The notes beneath the pieces were generated by a model, which was not told where the DNA came from, did not search any database, and saw only the letters and a program-made list of their open reading frames with translations. Made by a program: the position numbers and the translations under genes. From Ylistrum balloti (taxonomy: Eukaryota), in the NCBI RefSeq assembly GCF_031769215.1, contig NW_026782134.1, positions 124,001-188,000 of the forward strand: a DNA stretch of 64,000 nt. The letters are read 5' to 3'. Each line of letters begins with the position of its first letter. The first letter of the stretch is position 1. This document shows, one piece after another, positions 60,913-64,000 of the stretch.

Positions 60913-61924
60913 CCTCTTTTGTTTAAATGGTGGCATTATCGTGTCGAGTTTGCTTTCTCCAAAACCAAAAGTTTCCTTTGTAATGTAGTGCTGCCTCGAC
61001 CGGTCCCGCCATCAAACGAGTTAATGGACAAAGTGAGATCCTAATTGTCTTCACAGTAAGGTTTCTCGAACTTTAGAAATACTTTCTCAAATATTCCTGT
61101 TCATTCCGAAACTAAATTTTATATTGCAGTGTTGTATTTTTGAGGTTTTGATGTTTCTAATCATACTCTTACAACACTACACCATTCCAATGAGTTCATG
61201 TCATGTGGTTGATCCAGGTAACAATACTGCCAGAGGTCTAGACCTTACATGCATCGTATTCGATGACTTTTCATAATGACTACCTTAATGACATTTGTGT
61301 TCACTTACTTGATGAAGTTCTCCGGTTGATTTATCTACATCCGGTGAAGGATAGTAACTATTGCATTGAAAAACACTGTCAAAATTGCTACATTACCATT
61401 TATCAATTCTGCGTATCCATCTTTAATTTTATTTTCAACACATTTTGTGTCAGTTGCTGTCACTTCCACAGCGAAACCAACTCCATGTATTTTAACTTTT
61501 CCTCCTAGAATATGGAAAAAAATCCCGAAGAGTAGTTGTTTCGTGATTATAACGAATTATATATAATTATTGTATTTATATAAAACATAATCCTGATAGG
61601 CTCAATCTACAAATACAAGTATATTAACTATCAGCTATATGAATACTTGCCGGTATTGTTACATAATTATTACACTTTCTGTTTATAAAAGAGAGACATG
61701 ATCGCTTTATTTGAGTTTTGTTGTGTTTTATCTTACACATTTAATACAAAATAATCCGCAACGTACATGTAAATACATTGTACACTAAACGTATTATCAG
61801 TATCGTAAAACAAAATGGTGTTTTCATCGTTGATAATGGAAAGACATTGCCAACATGTCAATAGAATCATAATCGTTACTCAGATTTCAAAAAGAAAAAA
61901 AAAGTAAGAACAAAAGAAAGATTT

Positions 61925-62165
61925 ATATGAAGACTCCTGAAAACGTACAAGGATAATAAGACCAGGTGTTCCGGAAGAGTAAGCTTCAACTACTTTATCG
62001 ACGATACCCGTCATTTAAATCTTGGTGAATCCAAATAAGTAATGTTACGTTCTCAAATGAGGTATACAACAACGGAATCAACAGGCTAATTTCCGAGCAT
62101 CACATACACCCAGTTTCATTCCCCACAGTGAACTAGAACATTTTTCAATGAGATCACTATCACCT
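61925..62165 (-). mobile_element. Short 3'-end relic of the Penelope-like family found at 31730-32600
   Basis: Shares GAAAACGTACAAG, ACCAGGTG..C.GGAAGAGTAA, TTACGTTCTCAAATGAG, GGTATACAACAACGGAA and GAGATCACTA with 31745-31975. Confidence 0.75.
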
Positions 62166-64000
62166 AAAGACTACTGGATAATTAAGTGTTATAGATATAC
62201 TTAGCCTATTGGATTATTGGACATTTGTATACAATTTGAAACATGTCTCTATATAGAAGGAGAGAGATCGATATAAACAATTTATTTTATTATCACTTCT
62301 TAATTGATGGCTTAATACAACAGAGCTAAACACAAGACTAATTATGATTGCGAAACATAATCATCGTGGTCGACGTTGCTGTCGATGACGTTGAAGTCAT
62401 AATTGATGTGAATATCAAAGTTCATCAAGAAGTATTGGTGATTAAGAAAACAAACAGAAAAACAAACAAATAAACATACTCGAAACAGATGTATTGCATT
62501 AATGTAACGTTTGGCGACGTCCATAACAGTTTCTGTATTTTACACTGTAACATACGTGACAGTGAGCGAATTCAACGAGACTTCGACTCTAATAAATTAA
62601 TACCTGCATACAATTTGCTAGCACTAAATATTCTTTTCATTTTTGATTATTAGACTATATATGTTACAGAAAATGAGAGATCGATATAAACAGTCCAATT
62701 CCTTTGTCAGCATCTTTACAGCAATTTTTATCAACAAGGATTTATCTTCTAATAACATTGAGGTAAGTCTCCTGGCAACATGTAAGAAAAGTATGATCAT
62801 CACGTCCGTATTGATTTTTTCATGAAAATTTTACTGTGTTCGACAAAACGGTTTCCCAATACTTCCGTAACAGACGTCGTCAGATGACGATTTAAAAAAA
62901 AATCTCTGTGGTTCTATAGGCATCACTTTGTTCGCAAGATGTGAATGCATGATGGTTTTGCCGTTCTTATCGTTCGAAATGCTGTCGATGTTGAAACAGA
63001 ATACCCTTTCTTTCGGCATATCTGTTCTCCTTTTTCGTATTCTTTTTGTGTGTATGTTTACAAATGTTTCTTTCGTCCTGTTTTTTTTATTGAAAGTATC
63101 ACCAAACAAATCAGTAAACCGAAAACAAAAGCGTGAAACGGGACCCATTATGTGCTAGTTGATGACTACTCTTCTTTTAACCTTGACGTAGACTCTTCTT
63201 GGACTTCACCCTGTCTTTTACTTTGAGATTGGTATTAAATCGATTACTAACCGTGTTTTGAATTTTCTCATAAATAAGACGATGAAGTATAAGTGAAATA
63301 TTGTAATGGAGTAACGAAAAGATTATGAATAATAATAAATAATGTTCATGTGTAGGTATGGCTCTTATTTTGATAACGCGACATTATTTGAATTGATGCA
63401 ATCAGGCGTGGTCGGTTGATCAACTAATGTTCATTTTCCTCATTTTTTTTTTTTTTTTTTTTGTCCAAATGTGAATCTTTACTTTGTATATATTTGATTT
63501 TGTATCTATCTTGAGGTTAACTTATACTTACCTAAGCATGTATGTATTGTGTTTTCTTGCTGTTCATATAAATAATATCGTGTCAACATAATATTATTAA
63601 TGGTATAAGGTGAAATATATTGTTTTTGTTTGTTGTTATAGGTGTTTATTTCTGCAATATATATAGACGTTTTATACTACTAAAGGGAGATTAATCGTGC
63701 TGTTATACACAGATAATGCAGAGGAACAGTACAAGAAACTAGGCTTTGATAAGTTAATGAACGCACATATCCTTTAGTGGACCAGTGTCCTATTGAATTG
63801 TTTTCTCCTATATCATATCACAGTAAAACGTTGAATCACCGTCTGTCTAAATCTCAACACTTTTTCGTTGATTCTGATCTTCTTCACTTGGCTATATAAG
63901 GTAACGTGTTCAAGAAGGACGAAATAATTGCACTATACATTTGAATCATCTATAATCATACATAATCTGTTGTACAGACATATTGTCTATTACGTAAACA

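Overview
AT-rich eukaryotic genomic DNA with spliced genes. The gene and repeat content suggests an invertebrate, probably a bivalve mollusc (inference, not searched). Four intron-containing genes were rebuilt by hand on the + strand with consistent splice phases: SLC22 organic-ion transporter paralog 1 (14727-21145), a secreted and very Arg-rich astacin metalloprotease (22846-30814), SLC22 paralog 2 (43916-50340), and a BIR-BIR-UBA-RING inhibitor of apoptosis (58372-60912). The main feature is a young, nearly intact 8.8-kb Ty3/Gypsy LTR retrotransposon on the minus strand (34601-43429). It has near-identical LTRs, a tRNA-Lys PBS, a PPT, a PNMA-like gag, a -1 frameshift signal with a predicted pseudoknot, and PR-RT-RH-IN pol. 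Unusually, an extra intact 232-aa ORF with SGNH-hydrolase (esterase) motifs lies upstream of gag. The same 24-nt hairpin follows both the SGNH ORF and pol. The rest is decayed transposons (a Tc1/pogo-type MITE, a Mutator-like relic, a LINE relic, Penelope-like RT relics), minisatellites and one assembly gap. All alignments were done by eye and no database searches were run.
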